Source: an uncultured Terracidiphilus sp.
Lineage (GTDB): Bacteria > Acidobacteriota > Terriglobia > Terriglobales > Acidobacteriaceae
Direction of reading: 5' to 3'
DNA length: 64,000 nucleotides
Assembly (NCBI GenBank): GCA_964565955.1
Contig: CAZMHC010000005.1
Location: forward strand, 11,560 to 75,559
In this document: positions 24,494 to 33,863 of the stretch, one piece after another
How the letters are laid out: each line of letters starts with the position of its first letter
How positions within the stretch are numbered: position 1 is the first letter of the stretch
The notes under the pieces: model-generated
Seen by the model: the letters and a program-made list of their open reading frames with translations, nothing else
What the model was told of the DNA's origin: nothing
Databases searched by the model: none
Translations under genes and position numbers: made by a program

Positions 24494-26644
24494 ATGCTCG
24501 ATTCAGCGCTTGACAATGCGCCTCCCGGAAGTTACAAGAACTCGCCGTTGCCGGCGCGCCGGGCGGGGAGTTCCTCCGAAGCGCCAGGTCCGACCGTCAA
24601 CCCGATTGGCAGTCTGCGCCGCCACTGGCCGGTGGCGGCGGCGTTGTTTCTCTTCATTCTGGGCGGTGGGGCATTCGTGCTCTGGAAGAAGGAAAAACCT
24701 GTTTACGAGTCGCAGAGCGTGGTCTACGTTTCGCCGAAGTTTCCCAAGATGCTGGCCAACGACCCGGAGGTGGAGCTTCCGTACGACTCATACGTTCAAG
24801 ACCAGATACAGACGGTGACGCGGCACGATATCATCGGGGACGCCATCTCGAAGCTGCCGTATTCGGTGCGTCACCGGAGCGGACCGGCTCTTCCCTACGA
24901 GATTGAATTGCTGCAGAAGCGACTGCAAGTGAAGCGGGTCGGTTCGACCTACGAGATGACCATCGGCTTGGACAGCCCCACGCCGGATGGTTTGGCGGAG
25001 GTCGTCAACACGGTCACCGACACTTACGTTGGGAGAACGAAGAACGAGGAGTTTTACGGTCTCGACGAGCGCCTGAGCACGCTCCGTCAGGAAAAGGACC
25101 GGCTGCAGAAGGAGATGGACGATCGCCTGGGCGAACAGGCTCATCTGATGGAACGGCTCGGCGTAGCCACGATTACGTCCACGGAGGGCGCGTCGAATCC
25201 CTACGACTCGACCTTGCAGCGGCTGCGTGAGCAGTTGAGCGCGGCGCATATGCAGAGCGAAGCGGCCGAAGCGCAGTTGGCGACGGCGCTGAAAGGGGGA
25301 GGGGAGAGCGTTCAAGACGCGGCCGCGGATCAGGCGATCGCATCGGATCCCGGATTGTCCGCGATGCGGAGCAGTCTGAACACGCGCCGGGCGGCGCTGA
25401 TCCAAGAGATGAGCGGCCTGCGTCCGGATCATCCGATCTATCAGAAAGACAAGACGGAGTTGGCATCGATCGACGGGCAGATGAACGACCTGAGAAGCAA
25501 GTCCGGCGAACAGCTTGCGGACAAGCTGCGACAGGACGTGGCGCGCACGCGCATGATCGAGATTCAACTGACGCAGGAACTCGCAGAGAAGACGAACACG
25601 GCCACGTCGGCGGCGCCCAAGATTCAGAGAGCCGCGGAACTTGGGCCGGAGATCGACAGCCTGCAGAAGGCATACGGGGCGGTCAGCGACCGCATCCGCG
25701 ATTTGGAGTTGGAGAGCAGTTCGCCGGGGTCCATCCACGTATCCTCGAAGGCGCTGACCCCGTTCAATCCGGTACAGAGCAAACTGAAGCTGTATATTCT
25801 CGCCCTTGTATTGATAGGCTTGGGGTGCGCCACGGCGGTTCCGATCGGGATCGATCTTTTGGACGGCAGAATCTTCTCCGCCCCCGATGTCGAACGGGTG
25901 GTAGGCTTTCATCCCCTCGGTGTGCTTCTCGACAACCGCGAGTTTCGTCGAGAAACGGCGGGCGAGTATTATTTCCGCCTGGCGGCGAGCATCGACTTCG
26001 CCGTGCGCAACGCGGGAGCGCGAACCTTTCTGTTTACCTCTCCCGCGCATGGCTGCGGGACGAGCACCATCGTGCGAGAGTTGAGCGTTAAACTTCGCAG
26101 CCTCAATCTGAGAGCGCGGACGATCAACGCATCTCGCTCCGAAGGGATCGATTTTGCCGGCGAGGGCGTTCCCTGGCGGTCTCAACTGCTACTGGACAAA
26201 CGGAGCAAGACGGAGGAGATTCAGCCCGCGACGCTGGCTCCGATCGCACCCGCACACGAGCAGGCGGAATACCGTCGGGGACGGGAAGCCCCGGCTCACA
26301 GTGGAGCGTCGCGCGGCCTGCATCGCGCGAACGAGCAGTGCGATGTGATTTTGATCGACGCAAACCCGCTGCCGATCTCGGCGCAAACCGAATACCTGGC
26401 GCGGGTTTCCGATGTAACCGTTCTGGTGGTGAAGTCCAGCGCGACGACCAAGCACGAACTGGAGAGATCGGCGCGGCTCCTGGAGCGATTGGACGTTGCC
26501 GGTGTGGCCGTGGTCCTGAACAAGATGAATCTCGACCGGGCGGACCGCGACCTCAAGAGAGAACTGCAAAGGTACGAACAATCGTTTCGTCAGCGTTGCG
26601 AGGAATCCAAAAAGGACTCGAGGCGCGACAAGGTTCGCGCCTGA
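24494..26644 (+). CDS. Wzc/GumC-like polysaccharide co-polymerase with a degenerate P-loop domain
   Basis: Wzz-like N-terminus with a TM, a long coiled-coil periplasmic region, a second TM, and a C-terminal CpsD/MinD-like fold. Walker A reads SPAHGCGTST, so the lysine is missing. Walker B reads DVILIDANP. There is no Tyr-rich tail. Confidence 0.8.
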   Translation: MLDSALDNAPPGSYKNSPLPARRAGSSSEAPGPTVNPIGSLRRHWPVAAALFLFILGGGAFVLWKKEKPVYESQSVVYVSPKFPKMLANDPEVELPYDSYVQDQIQTVTRHDIIGDAISKLPYSVRHRSGPALPYEIELLQKRLQVKRVGSTYEMTIGLDSPTPDGLAEVVNTVTDTYVGRTKNEEFYGLDERLSTLRQEKDRLQKEMDDRLGEQAHLMERLGVATITSTEGASNPYDSTLQRLREQLSAAHMQSEAAEAQLATALKGGGESVQDAAADQAIASDPGLSAMRSSLNTRRAALIQEMSGLRPDHPIYQKDKTELASIDGQMNDLRSKSGEQLADKLRQDVARTRMIEIQLTQELAEKTNTATSAAPKIQRAAELGPEIDSLQKAYGAVSDRIRDLELESSSPGSIHVSSKALTPFNPVQSKLKLYILALVLIGLGCATAVPIGIDLLDGRIFSAPDVERVVGFHPLGVLLDNREFRRETAGEYYFRLAASIDFAVRNAGARTFLFTSPAHGCGTSTIVRELSVKLRSLNLRARTINASRSEGIDFAGEGVPWRSQLLLDKRSKTEEIQPATLAPIAPAHEQAEYRRGREAPAHSGASRGLHRANEQCDVILIDANPLPISAQTEYLARVSDVTVLVVKSSATTKHELERSARLLERLDVAGVAVVLNKMNLDRADRDLKRELQRYEQSFRQRCEESKKDSRRDKVRA

Positions 26645-26728
26645 CGGCGGGCCGGCGCAATAACCTGGACCGGCGCGAGCGGCCTCGAATGGAGGACAGT
26701 CCCACGACAGTACGCCCGTGATCGATCT

Positions 26729-28123
26729 ATGCGCCCACTGGAAATTCTTCTCGTATGCCTGATTGTCGGTGCTGCCCTTTGTTCGTTCTTTGTCCGCTGG
26801 GCGCGAACTGGCCGGGCAATCCTGGCCGGCGCCCTGATCGCAGGGGTCGCGCACGGGATTCTGGAAGGCGCGCACTGGCAGATGATCCCAGCGTACGCGG
26901 CCGCCGCAATCCTCGGCCTGGTTTTCCTGAAGCCCGGCGGAAGCCATTCACGTCTTCGGAAAATCGCGGCATCGGCGGCGCTGGCGTTCGCGGCGGCAAG
27001 CGTTTCGTTCTCGATTCTGCTGCCGATATTTTGCCTGCCCAAGCCAACCGGGCCTTATCCGGTCGGCACATCGATCCTGTACCTCAAAGACGCGACACGC
27101 ATCGAGGATGCGGCGCCTGGCGGAAATTCCGCGAGAGAACTGGCGGTCCAGCTTTGGTATCCCGCCCAACCTTCGCACAACCGACTCGCCCGTTACCGCG
27201 AACCGAGAGAGACCGACCTGCTCAGTTCCTACCAGAGCGCGGTCGCCACCAATTCACGGATGGACGCTCCGGTGGCGCGCGTGGGCGGACCGTTTCCGAT
27301 CGTTCTTTTCAACCATGCGTGGCGCGGCAGACGGACCAACGACACCTTCCTGACCGAGGAACTGGCCAGCCGCGGCTATGTCGTAGCCAGCATCGATCAC
27401 ACCTACAACGCCAGACTGGTTGCATTTCCGGATGGCCGAGTCGCGCATGGAATTGCCGCCAACGACGTGGACGATCCGGAGATCGGCACCCCGGAGAGCG
27501 TGAGAGCGGACTGGAACAAAGAGTTGAGGAAATGGGTGGCGGACCAGCGATTCGTTCTCGATCGCTTGGAAGAGATGAACCGCACGGCCGGTTCGCGGTG
27601 GTTCGGAAGCCTGAATATCGCCGCGGTCGGCGCGATGGGACACTCGTTCGGCGGAGCGGCGGCGACGGCGGTATGCGCCGCGGACACGCGGGTTCGCGCG
27701 TCGTTGAACATGGATGGATGGTTCTTCGACGCCATTCGCGCGCGAGGACCGAGGCAGCCGTTGCTTTTCATGGACGCCTACACCGATCGAATTGGGGAAA
27801 CTCCCGGTCCAAGCGCAAAAGTGGAAACGACTCTCGACGAGACCGACTTCGACGATGTGGAGGGATCGCTGCGCAGATTCGGCGGTTATCTATTGTCGGT
27901 GAAGGGCGCCTCGCACGAGGACTTCACGGATCAGCCTCTCATCTCGCCGCTGCGCGCGCTGTCGCGTCGCGGAACGATTCCGGTCCGGCGAATTCAGGAG
28001 ATTGTGCGGACTTATGTGGACGCATTCTTCGACAAGACGCTTCGAGGCGGAAACCCCGAGATTCTTCGAGCGCCCACCAGCCCCTATGCCGAGATCCGGC
28101 TCGACGCTTGGCCGCCAAACTGA
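26729..28123 (+). CDS. Membrane-anchored alpha/beta hydrolase (PAF-acetylhydrolase-like lipase/esterase)
   Basis: Three or four N-terminal TM helices are followed by a hydrolase fold with the nucleophile elbow GHSFGG. The overall pattern is PAF-AH_p_II-like. Confidence 0.65.
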   Translation: MRPLEILLVCLIVGAALCSFFVRWARTGRAILAGALIAGVAHGILEGAHWQMIPAYAAAAILGLVFLKPGGSHSRLRKIAASAALAFAAASVSFSILLPIFCLPKPTGPYPVGTSILYLKDATRIEDAAPGGNSARELAVQLWYPAQPSHNRLARYREPRETDLLSSYQSAVATNSRMDAPVARVGGPFPIVLFNHAWRGRRTNDTFLTEELASRGYVVASIDHTYNARLVAFPDGRVAHGIAANDVDDPEIGTPESVRADWNKELRKWVADQRFVLDRLEEMNRTAGSRWFGSLNIAAVGAMGHSFGGAAATAVCAADTRVRASLNMDGWFFDAIRARGPRQPLLFMDAYTDRIGETPGPSAKVETTLDETDFDDVEGSLRRFGGYLLSVKGASHEDFTDQPLISPLRALSRRGTIPVRRIQEIVRTYVDAFFDKTLRGGNPEILRAPTSPYAEIRLDAWPPN

Positions 28124-29170
28124 ATGAATGGCCGCAAGGACAACCTTGCCAACCGGCGACAAGCGATTCTTCAACGCCTGACCGAATTCTCCAAACCCTC
28201 GTGGGTATGGGAGGACCAGATGCCCGCATCGTTCGATCGAATCATCCAGTGCGCCCCCGACGTTTTTGCAAACAATCTGAACAGGCTGCCTCACGAATTC
28301 GCGCACAGTCTGGCCGGCAACAAGCTTTTCGAGCTTTCGATGCTCGTCGATCTGGCGGAAAAGGTGGCAACGCGCGCGAACCCGCATCTGCCCGGCGGAG
28401 ACGTGTATTTCAATAAAGGGCTGATCGAGGCGGGCGAAAAGCCGTTGCGGCCCGATATGCCGCGCACCGCCGCCGTCGATCTGATTAGGCGCATCGATAG
28501 CGAAGAGGCATGGATTATTTTGAAGCACGTGGAACGCGAGGCTGGATATCGCGATGTGCTGGAGAATTGCATCCGCGACATTCTCGAATTGTCGAAGAGC
28601 CAACTGCTTCGCAAGATCAAATGGTTCGAGGCGATTCTCTTCATTACGTCGCCCAATCGCGTGACGGAATATCACCTCGACCGCGAGGTATCCTGGATTC
28701 TCCAGCTTCAGGGCGACAAGGAGATTCACGTCTTCGACCGCGCCGACAAGGACATCGTTCCCGACGATGAGCTTGAAACGTACTGGACCGCGGACAATCG
28801 AGCGGCGCGCTACAAGCCGGAGTACGAATCCAGAGCGTTCGTATATCAAATGCGGCCTGGAAGCGGGGTGCACATTCCCATCAATTCTCCTCATTGGCTG
28901 CGCAACAAGAACAATATTTCAGTAACCTTGAACGTCAATTTCCAGTTTCACGACAGATATTGGGCAAACCTCTATCGAGCGAACTACTATCTTCGCCGCG
29001 CGGGCATCGAGCCGTATCCGCCCGGCATCCACCCAGTGTCGGACGGTTTCAAGAGCGCGGCATTCACGGCGATGCAGCGAGTGAAGCAGGCAGTGAAGGG
29101 GCGGCCGCACATCCCCGCCGAGGCGCGCGAGCAAAACAGGAGAATTGCCGCAATGACCGGGGCGCTCTGA
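28124..29170 (+). CDS. JmjC/cupin-like Fe(II)/2-oxoglutarate oxygenase (paralog A)
   Basis: It starts immediately after the previous stop. The putative facial triad is YHLD (HxD) plus SPHW (His), in the context ITSPNRVTEYHLD...VHIPINSPHWLRN. It is a paralog of 32095-33009. Confidence 0.6.
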   Translation: MNGRKDNLANRRQAILQRLTEFSKPSWVWEDQMPASFDRIIQCAPDVFANNLNRLPHEFAHSLAGNKLFELSMLVDLAEKVATRANPHLPGGDVYFNKGLIEAGEKPLRPDMPRTAAVDLIRRIDSEEAWIILKHVEREAGYRDVLENCIRDILELSKSQLLRKIKWFEAILFITSPNRVTEYHLDREVSWILQLQGDKEIHVFDRADKDIVPDDELETYWTADNRAARYKPEYESRAFVYQMRPGSGVHIPINSPHWLRNKNNISVTLNVNFQFHDRYWANLYRANYYLRRAGIEPYPPGIHPVSDGFKSAAFTAMQRVKQAVKGRPHIPAEAREQNRRIAAMTGAL

Positions 29171-29214
29171 GCGCCGAGTGCGCGGCGAACGTCGGCATTG
29201 ACGGGGCTCCAACC

Positions 29215-30012
29215 CTAAGCGGGTGGATGAAGCGCCGCTGAAATTGGAATGGGACTATCCTCCGAATGGGAAAACAGTTCCTCCAGGGTTGCCGAAATCG
29301 TTTGCAGCAGTGGGGGATGGGAATAAAAATGCCCGCCGGGAAATATCCGCATTTCAAAGCGGCGGCTGGTCTGGCGCTTCCAGGCAAGCAACTCGTTCCA
29401 GGCGACGCTTTTGTCCTTGACTCCGGCGAAGACCGCGATCGGGCAGTCGAGCGGTTCATCTTGGCGGAAACGATAACTCTCCACCACCGCGATGTCGGCC
29501 CTCAGAATCGGCAGGAAGAGTTCCATAAGTTCCGGGTCTCGCAGCAACTCCTGGGGAACTCCGTCGTAGCGTCGGATCAACTCTTCCACGAATTCGCTAT
29601 CGGGAAGCGATTGCAGAGGATTGGTGTCGCCGGCTATGTCCGGCGCGCGACGGCCGGAAAGAAAGAGGCAGACAGGCATGGAATCTCCGCTGCGATGGAC
29701 TCTGCGCGCCCACTCGAAGGCCAGCAACGCCCCCATGCTGTGCCCGAAGACGGCGTAAGGGATGTCCAGCCAGGGGCGGAGTTCCCGGTCCAACGCGTCA
29801 ACCAGCGTTTCCATATCGGAGCAAGGCGGCTCGGAGAAACGCCTCTCCCGTCCGGGCAGCAGGACCGAACATACCTGTACAAAAGCGGGCAGCGAGTCGT
29901 TCCAGGAATGAAATGCGGCGGCGCCTCCTCCGGCATGAGGGAGACAGAACAGGCGTACGCGCGGATGCCCGCCGGCCGGGCGGCACTGAAGCCAGAGAGC
30001 GCTCCTATCCAA
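29215..30012 (-). CDS. Type II thioesterase (NRPS/PKS editing TE)
   Basis: 265 aa. Motifs are LFCLPHAGGGA, GHSMGA and a C-terminal PGGHF. It is the only minus-strand gene inside the locus. Confidence 0.85.
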   Translation of the reverse strand: MDRSALWLQCRPAGGHPRVRLFCLPHAGGGAAAFHSWNDSLPAFVQVCSVLLPGRERRFSEPPCSDMETLVDALDRELRPWLDIPYAVFGHSMGALLAFEWARRVHRSGDSMPVCLFLSGRRAPDIAGDTNPLQSLPDSEFVEELIRRYDGVPQELLRDPELMELFLPILRADIAVVESYRFRQDEPLDCPIAVFAGVKDKSVAWNELLAWKRQTSRRFEMRIFPGGHFYSHPPLLQTISATLEELFSHSEDSPIPISAALHPPA

Positions 30013-30187
30013 GACGGCATTCCTCCGGATTCGATTCTACGCGATTCATGCGCGCGATGAAGTTTTCGGACTGGTAAGTCGGGTGCGGAGCGGGCGCGGC
30101 GAGAGCTACCGCATTCGAGCCGGAGATTTCCGGCGGAAGTCAGTCTTCATACTCACCAAAATACTTTGAAATCGCGAGGTCACGACA

Positions 30188-31708
30188 ATGGCGACATCCG
30201 AATTGTGGCAAAGAGTTTCCGCATCCAAAGCTTCTTCCCATGAGTGGGCGGTAAGAGCGGCCGCGGGCTCGTCGCGCAGGCCGGGAGGAATGACCGCGCT
30301 ATGGATGGTCCTGGACGGGATCACGATTCTGGTATCCGCAATTCTGGTTACAATCCACGAGCAGCATACGGGACCGATCGCCGGCGCGAGGAACCTTTGG
30401 CAAGCATACCTCATGCACGGCCGTTCGCTGGGACTGCTGTTGGCGGCGCTGTGCGGATTCACCGTCGCGCTGATCGTGACCAGCCGACAACTGTATCTGT
30501 ATACGCCCGCGCGCCTGGGCAGTTTTCTGCATGAGCAGAGGCTTAGCGCGCAGGCCTGCTTCACCTCCGGACTCTTGCTGACGGGGGCGCTCTATATGGT
30601 TCACGCCGAGGAGATTCCGCGCGGAGTCGTGTTGATCACGATAGGTCTGGTCGCCATTGGGCTTAGCCTGCGCCGGGCAGGTTTCCGATTTCTGCTCTAC
30701 AGTCGCTTCGATCGCGGGATCGGCACACGCAATGTGCTCATCGTCGGCACCGGACCCGAGGCGTATGCGCTGCGTCATCATCTGGAGAGCATCCGTCATC
30801 TCGGCTACAATTTCAAGGGTTTTATCGACTTTCCATCGGAAGGCTCCCGCTCCGCGGCAACCTCCAGCGATGTGGTCGGCACTCTGGAAACTCTCTTCCA
30901 AGATGCCCGCAAGAAGTTCGTGGATGAGATATTCTTCACCGCTCCCGGCGAACAAAGCGGCGTTGTCAAGGACGTGCTGGAGAAAGCCCGCGCCCACGGC
31001 GTGGACCTGCGCGTGGTTCCCGATATGTACGACGGGTTGGCATGGAACAGCCCGGTCGAGTACATCGGCCAGTTTCCCACCATTCCGCTGCATTGCGGCC
31101 ACGTGCCCGAATTCGCTTTGATGCTTAAACGAGTCTTCGACATTGCGCTCTCCAGTCTGATTCTGATTGCCATTTCGCCGCTGTTGCTGGCCATCGCCGT
31201 CGCCATCAAGCTGGATTCGCCGGGGCCGGCCTTTTACCTCTCCAAGCGCATCGGCAAGAAGGGCCGTGTCTTCCGCTGCATCAAGTTCCGCACCATGGTT
31301 CCCGACGCCGAAAAGCGCCGCGAAAGTCTGTTGCACAAGAACGAGCGCGACGGCGTTCTGTTCAAGATCGCCGACGATCCCCGCGTCACCAGACTGGGCC
31401 GTGTGCTGCGCAAGTATTCGTTGGACGAACTGCCCCAGTTTTTCAACGTGCTCAACGGCGACATGAGCATCGTGGGGCCGCGTCCGCCCATAGCCAGCGA
31501 GGTGCGCGAGTACAATCTCAGCCATCTGCGCCGTCTGGATGTAACTCCGGGCATTACCGGTCTGTGGCAGGTGCAGTCGCGCCAGGACCCCTCGTTCGAT
31601 AGCTATATCTCACTGGATGTGACTTATATAGAAAACTGGAGCTTGTGGCTGGATTTCAAGATCGTGATGCGCACTGTAGGCGTAGTTCTTGCCGGAACCG
31701 GTTCCTAA
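30188..31708 (+). CDS. Polyprenyl-phosphate glycosyl-1-phosphate transferase (WbaP/EpsB-type priming enzyme, Bac_transf)
   Basis: 506 aa with 4-5 N-terminal TM segments. The C-terminal catalytic domain reads KRVFDIALSSLILI, PAFYLSKRIGKKGRVF, KFRTM, DELPQFFNVLNGDMSIVGPRP. Confidence 0.9.
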   Translation: MATSELWQRVSASKASSHEWAVRAAAGSSRRPGGMTALWMVLDGITILVSAILVTIHEQHTGPIAGARNLWQAYLMHGRSLGLLLAALCGFTVALIVTSRQLYLYTPARLGSFLHEQRLSAQACFTSGLLLTGALYMVHAEEIPRGVVLITIGLVAIGLSLRRAGFRFLLYSRFDRGIGTRNVLIVGTGPEAYALRHHLESIRHLGYNFKGFIDFPSEGSRSAATSSDVVGTLETLFQDARKKFVDEIFFTAPGEQSGVVKDVLEKARAHGVDLRVVPDMYDGLAWNSPVEYIGQFPTIPLHCGHVPEFALMLKRVFDIALSSLILIAISPLLLAIAVAIKLDSPGPAFYLSKRIGKKGRVFRCIKFRTMVPDAEKRRESLLHKNERDGVLFKIADDPRVTRLGRVLRKYSLDELPQFFNVLNGDMSIVGPRPPIASEVREYNLSHLRRLDVTPGITGLWQVQSRQDPSFDSYISLDVTYIENWSLWLDFKIVMRTVGVVLAGTGS

Positions 31709-31717
31709 GCCAACCTC

Positions 31718-31737
31718 TGCCCGCCGATCGGCGGGCA
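31718..31737 (+). terminator. Stem-loop directly after the priming transferase (TGCCCGCC-GATC-GGCGGGCA)
   Basis: Perfect 8-bp GC-rich stem 10 nt after the stop. There is no clear U-tract, so intrinsic-terminator function is uncertain. Confidence 0.35.
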
Positions 31738-31841
31738 AGCGGGGTCCGACGAGACGCGAGCGTCAATTTCTTGCAACGATCCCCGGCATCTTGCATCGAA
31801 ACTGGCAATGAAGCGGTTGTTCCGCACCGACAGGTGGGAAC

Positions 31842-31858
31842 GACAGGGGCGAAGCCCG
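31842..31858 (+). repeat. Third copy of the leader motif core (GACAGGGGCGAAGCCCG), 237 nt upstream of the 32095 operon
   Basis: Exact 17-mer shared with 19842-19858. An isolated 17-mer match in 64 kb of GC-rich DNA is only borderline significant on its own. Confidence 0.5.
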
Positions 31859-31890
31859 GCCGCGCGATTTTCGGCGCCAATTCATCGTCT

Positions 31891-32030
31891 TAGCACTACA
31901 GTTGTATATCTGGATTTCGGCTGAGATTGGCAAAGGCCCGGGCCTAAAGGCCCAACATTTTGGTATCAATTTCAGAGGCCTGAAGGCCTCTGCTCCCTCC
32001 GATCTCGCAATCTACAACTGTAGTCTTAGG
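31891..32030. mobile_element. MITE-like element of about 140 bp bounded by inverted repeats
   Basis: ACTACAGTTGTA (31895-31906) and TACAACTGTAGT (32013-32024) form a perfect 12-bp inverted repeat, extendable imperfectly to about 18 bp (CTTAGCACTACAGTTGTA / TACAACTGTAGTCTTAGG). Internal hairpins are GGCCCGGGCC and AGAGGCC-TGA-AGGCCTCT. No ORF is present. Confidence 0.4.
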
Positions 32031-32094
32031 GCCTGTTAACACTGCCTCAGGCGGTGGCGACGGCGGCCAATTTTTCCCGTGCGAAGGAGTTCTC

Positions 32095-33009
32095 ATGGCA
32101 ACGGCATTCCATCCTGTTACAGAGCCGGCCGTCTTCCCCAATGCGATCGAGGCCGGAAAAATCTTTGCGGCCAACTTCGACCACCACCCGTTCGAGTTCC
32201 GCCACAGGCTCGATACGATGGAAATCTTTCAGATGCCGGCGCTGCTGGACCTGGCTGAACGCTGTATGCGGAAGCGTGAGCACAAGAGCCACTACGAATC
32301 CGGCGAGCCGATTGCGAACGGCTACTTCGGCAGCAAGCCCGCGGATGCGACTTTGGTGCAGGCGCTGGAGAGGATTGGGGAAGGGAGCAACTGGATCATA
32401 CTCAAGCGCATACACGAAGAGCCGGAGTATCGGGAAGCCCTGAAGTCATTCATCTCCGAACTGTCGGAGCTGACATCCACGGATTTGCGCCGCCGCTATC
32501 GCGATCCTATTCTGACGATATTCATCACCTCGCCGAACCGAGTTACGCCGTATCATCTGGATGGCGAAGCCAATTTTCTGGCGCAGGTGCGGGGCAGCAA
32601 GTCGGTGTTTCTCTACAATGCGCACGATCCGCGGATTCTAACTCCAGAGGAGATGGAGCGGTATTGGACGGGACACCTGTTGGCTCCCCGATGGCACGAC
32701 GAATTGTCGGAGGGGCAGTGGCGTTACGAGGTATCTCCGGGCGTGGGCGTCTTCAATCCCGCGACTTTTCCGCACTGGGTGAAAAACGCGAACAACGTTT
32801 CGGTTTCCGTCAGCATCAACTTCAAACGGGCGCGAAACGACGCGATCGGGGCTTACCGAGCGAATTACTATGCGCGAAGACTTGGCTTGCGGCCCACTGT
32901 GCCGGGGCGTTCTCCGGTCCTCGATCGCTTGAAGAATCTTACCTTCGGCAAGCTGTACGAGGGAGCGCACACGGCGCGGAGCGCGGTTCGGGCGCGCTAC
33001 GGGATATAG
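32095..33009 (+). CDS. JmjC/cupin-like Fe(II)/2-oxoglutarate oxygenase (paralog B)
   Basis: The context ITSPNRVTPYHLDGEANFLAQVRGSK...ATFPHWVKNANNVSVSVSINFK has the same HxD...H arrangement and flanking motifs as 28124-29170. Confidence 0.6.
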   Translation: MATAFHPVTEPAVFPNAIEAGKIFAANFDHHPFEFRHRLDTMEIFQMPALLDLAERCMRKREHKSHYESGEPIANGYFGSKPADATLVQALERIGEGSNWIILKRIHEEPEYREALKSFISELSELTSTDLRRRYRDPILTIFITSPNRVTPYHLDGEANFLAQVRGSKSVFLYNAHDPRILTPEEMERYWTGHLLAPRWHDELSEGQWRYEVSPGVGVFNPATFPHWVKNANNVSVSVSINFKRARNDAIGAYRANYYARRLGLRPTVPGRSPVLDRLKNLTFGKLYEGAHTARSAVRARYGI

Positions 33010-33094
33010 GGCGCCATGGCGAAGGCTCATTGTCGGGAAGAATTGCACTCACCAGCCGAGCGAACGTTCGCCGGCTGCATTCAGGAGCGAGAGA

Positions 33095-33715
33095 TTGGTA
33101 AGTCCGATTGCCGCAATCGTACGCCGCATAGCCTTTCGATGGGGCCGCTGCAAAGGTCTGTATCTGCGCATTTGCAAACCGGGCGCGCGGGAATATACGC
33201 GATTCATGAAACTGCATGGCGGCTTTCATGCGATAGGGGAGCATTGCAGCATTCTTCCCAGCACGAACTTTACCGATCCCGCCTATGTGAAGCTGGGGAA
33301 TAACGTACATTTCTCGAACTGCACCCTGGTCGGTCACGACGGCGCGGTGACGATGTTGAATCGGGCCTACGACGCAAGACTGGATTCGGTGGGCAAAATC
33401 GATATCCGCGACAATGTGTTTATCGGCTACGGAGCGATCGTGCTTCCCGGCGTGACGATCGGACCGAACGCCATCGTTGCCGCCGGCGCGGTCGTCAACC
33501 GGGATGTCGCTTCGGGAGACATTGTCGGTGGAGTTCCGGCGAAGCCCATCGGAAAGGTAGACGATCTTGTCGCCAGGCTCCAGGCAAGAACGGACGGCCT
33601 GCCGTGGAGCGACCTGATTCGGAAGCGCGGGATCGATGTCGATGCGGAGATGGAGGAGGAACTGGTTCGGCGCAGGGTCGAGCATTTCTACGGGCAACCG
33701 CGGGACCGGGACTGA
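33095..33715 (+). CDS. Hexapeptide-repeat (LbH) acyl/acetyltransferase
   Basis: TTG start. Left-handed beta-helix repeats read IGNNVHFSNCTLVGHDG, IRDNVFIGYGAIVLPGVTIGPNAIVAAGAVV and GGVPAKPIG. Confidence 0.8.
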   Translation: MVSPIAAIVRRIAFRWGRCKGLYLRICKPGAREYTRFMKLHGGFHAIGEHCSILPSTNFTDPAYVKLGNNVHFSNCTLVGHDGAVTMLNRAYDARLDSVGKIDIRDNVFIGYGAIVLPGVTIGPNAIVAAGAVVNRDVASGDIVGGVPAKPIGKVDDLVARLQARTDGLPWSDLIRKRGIDVDAEMEEELVRRRVEHFYGQPRDRD

Positions 33716-33863
33716 AGATTGCGGTCGACATTTAGTCCGCATCGGGGCGGCCGCGGTTGGAACCGCGAATTGGATGGCAACGTTGCGATGTCCGAGTTCC
33801 ATACAAGGAGAATTGCCGCCGAATATGCTAGGATGTATTCGCTTTCACGACGAAAGAATCCCG

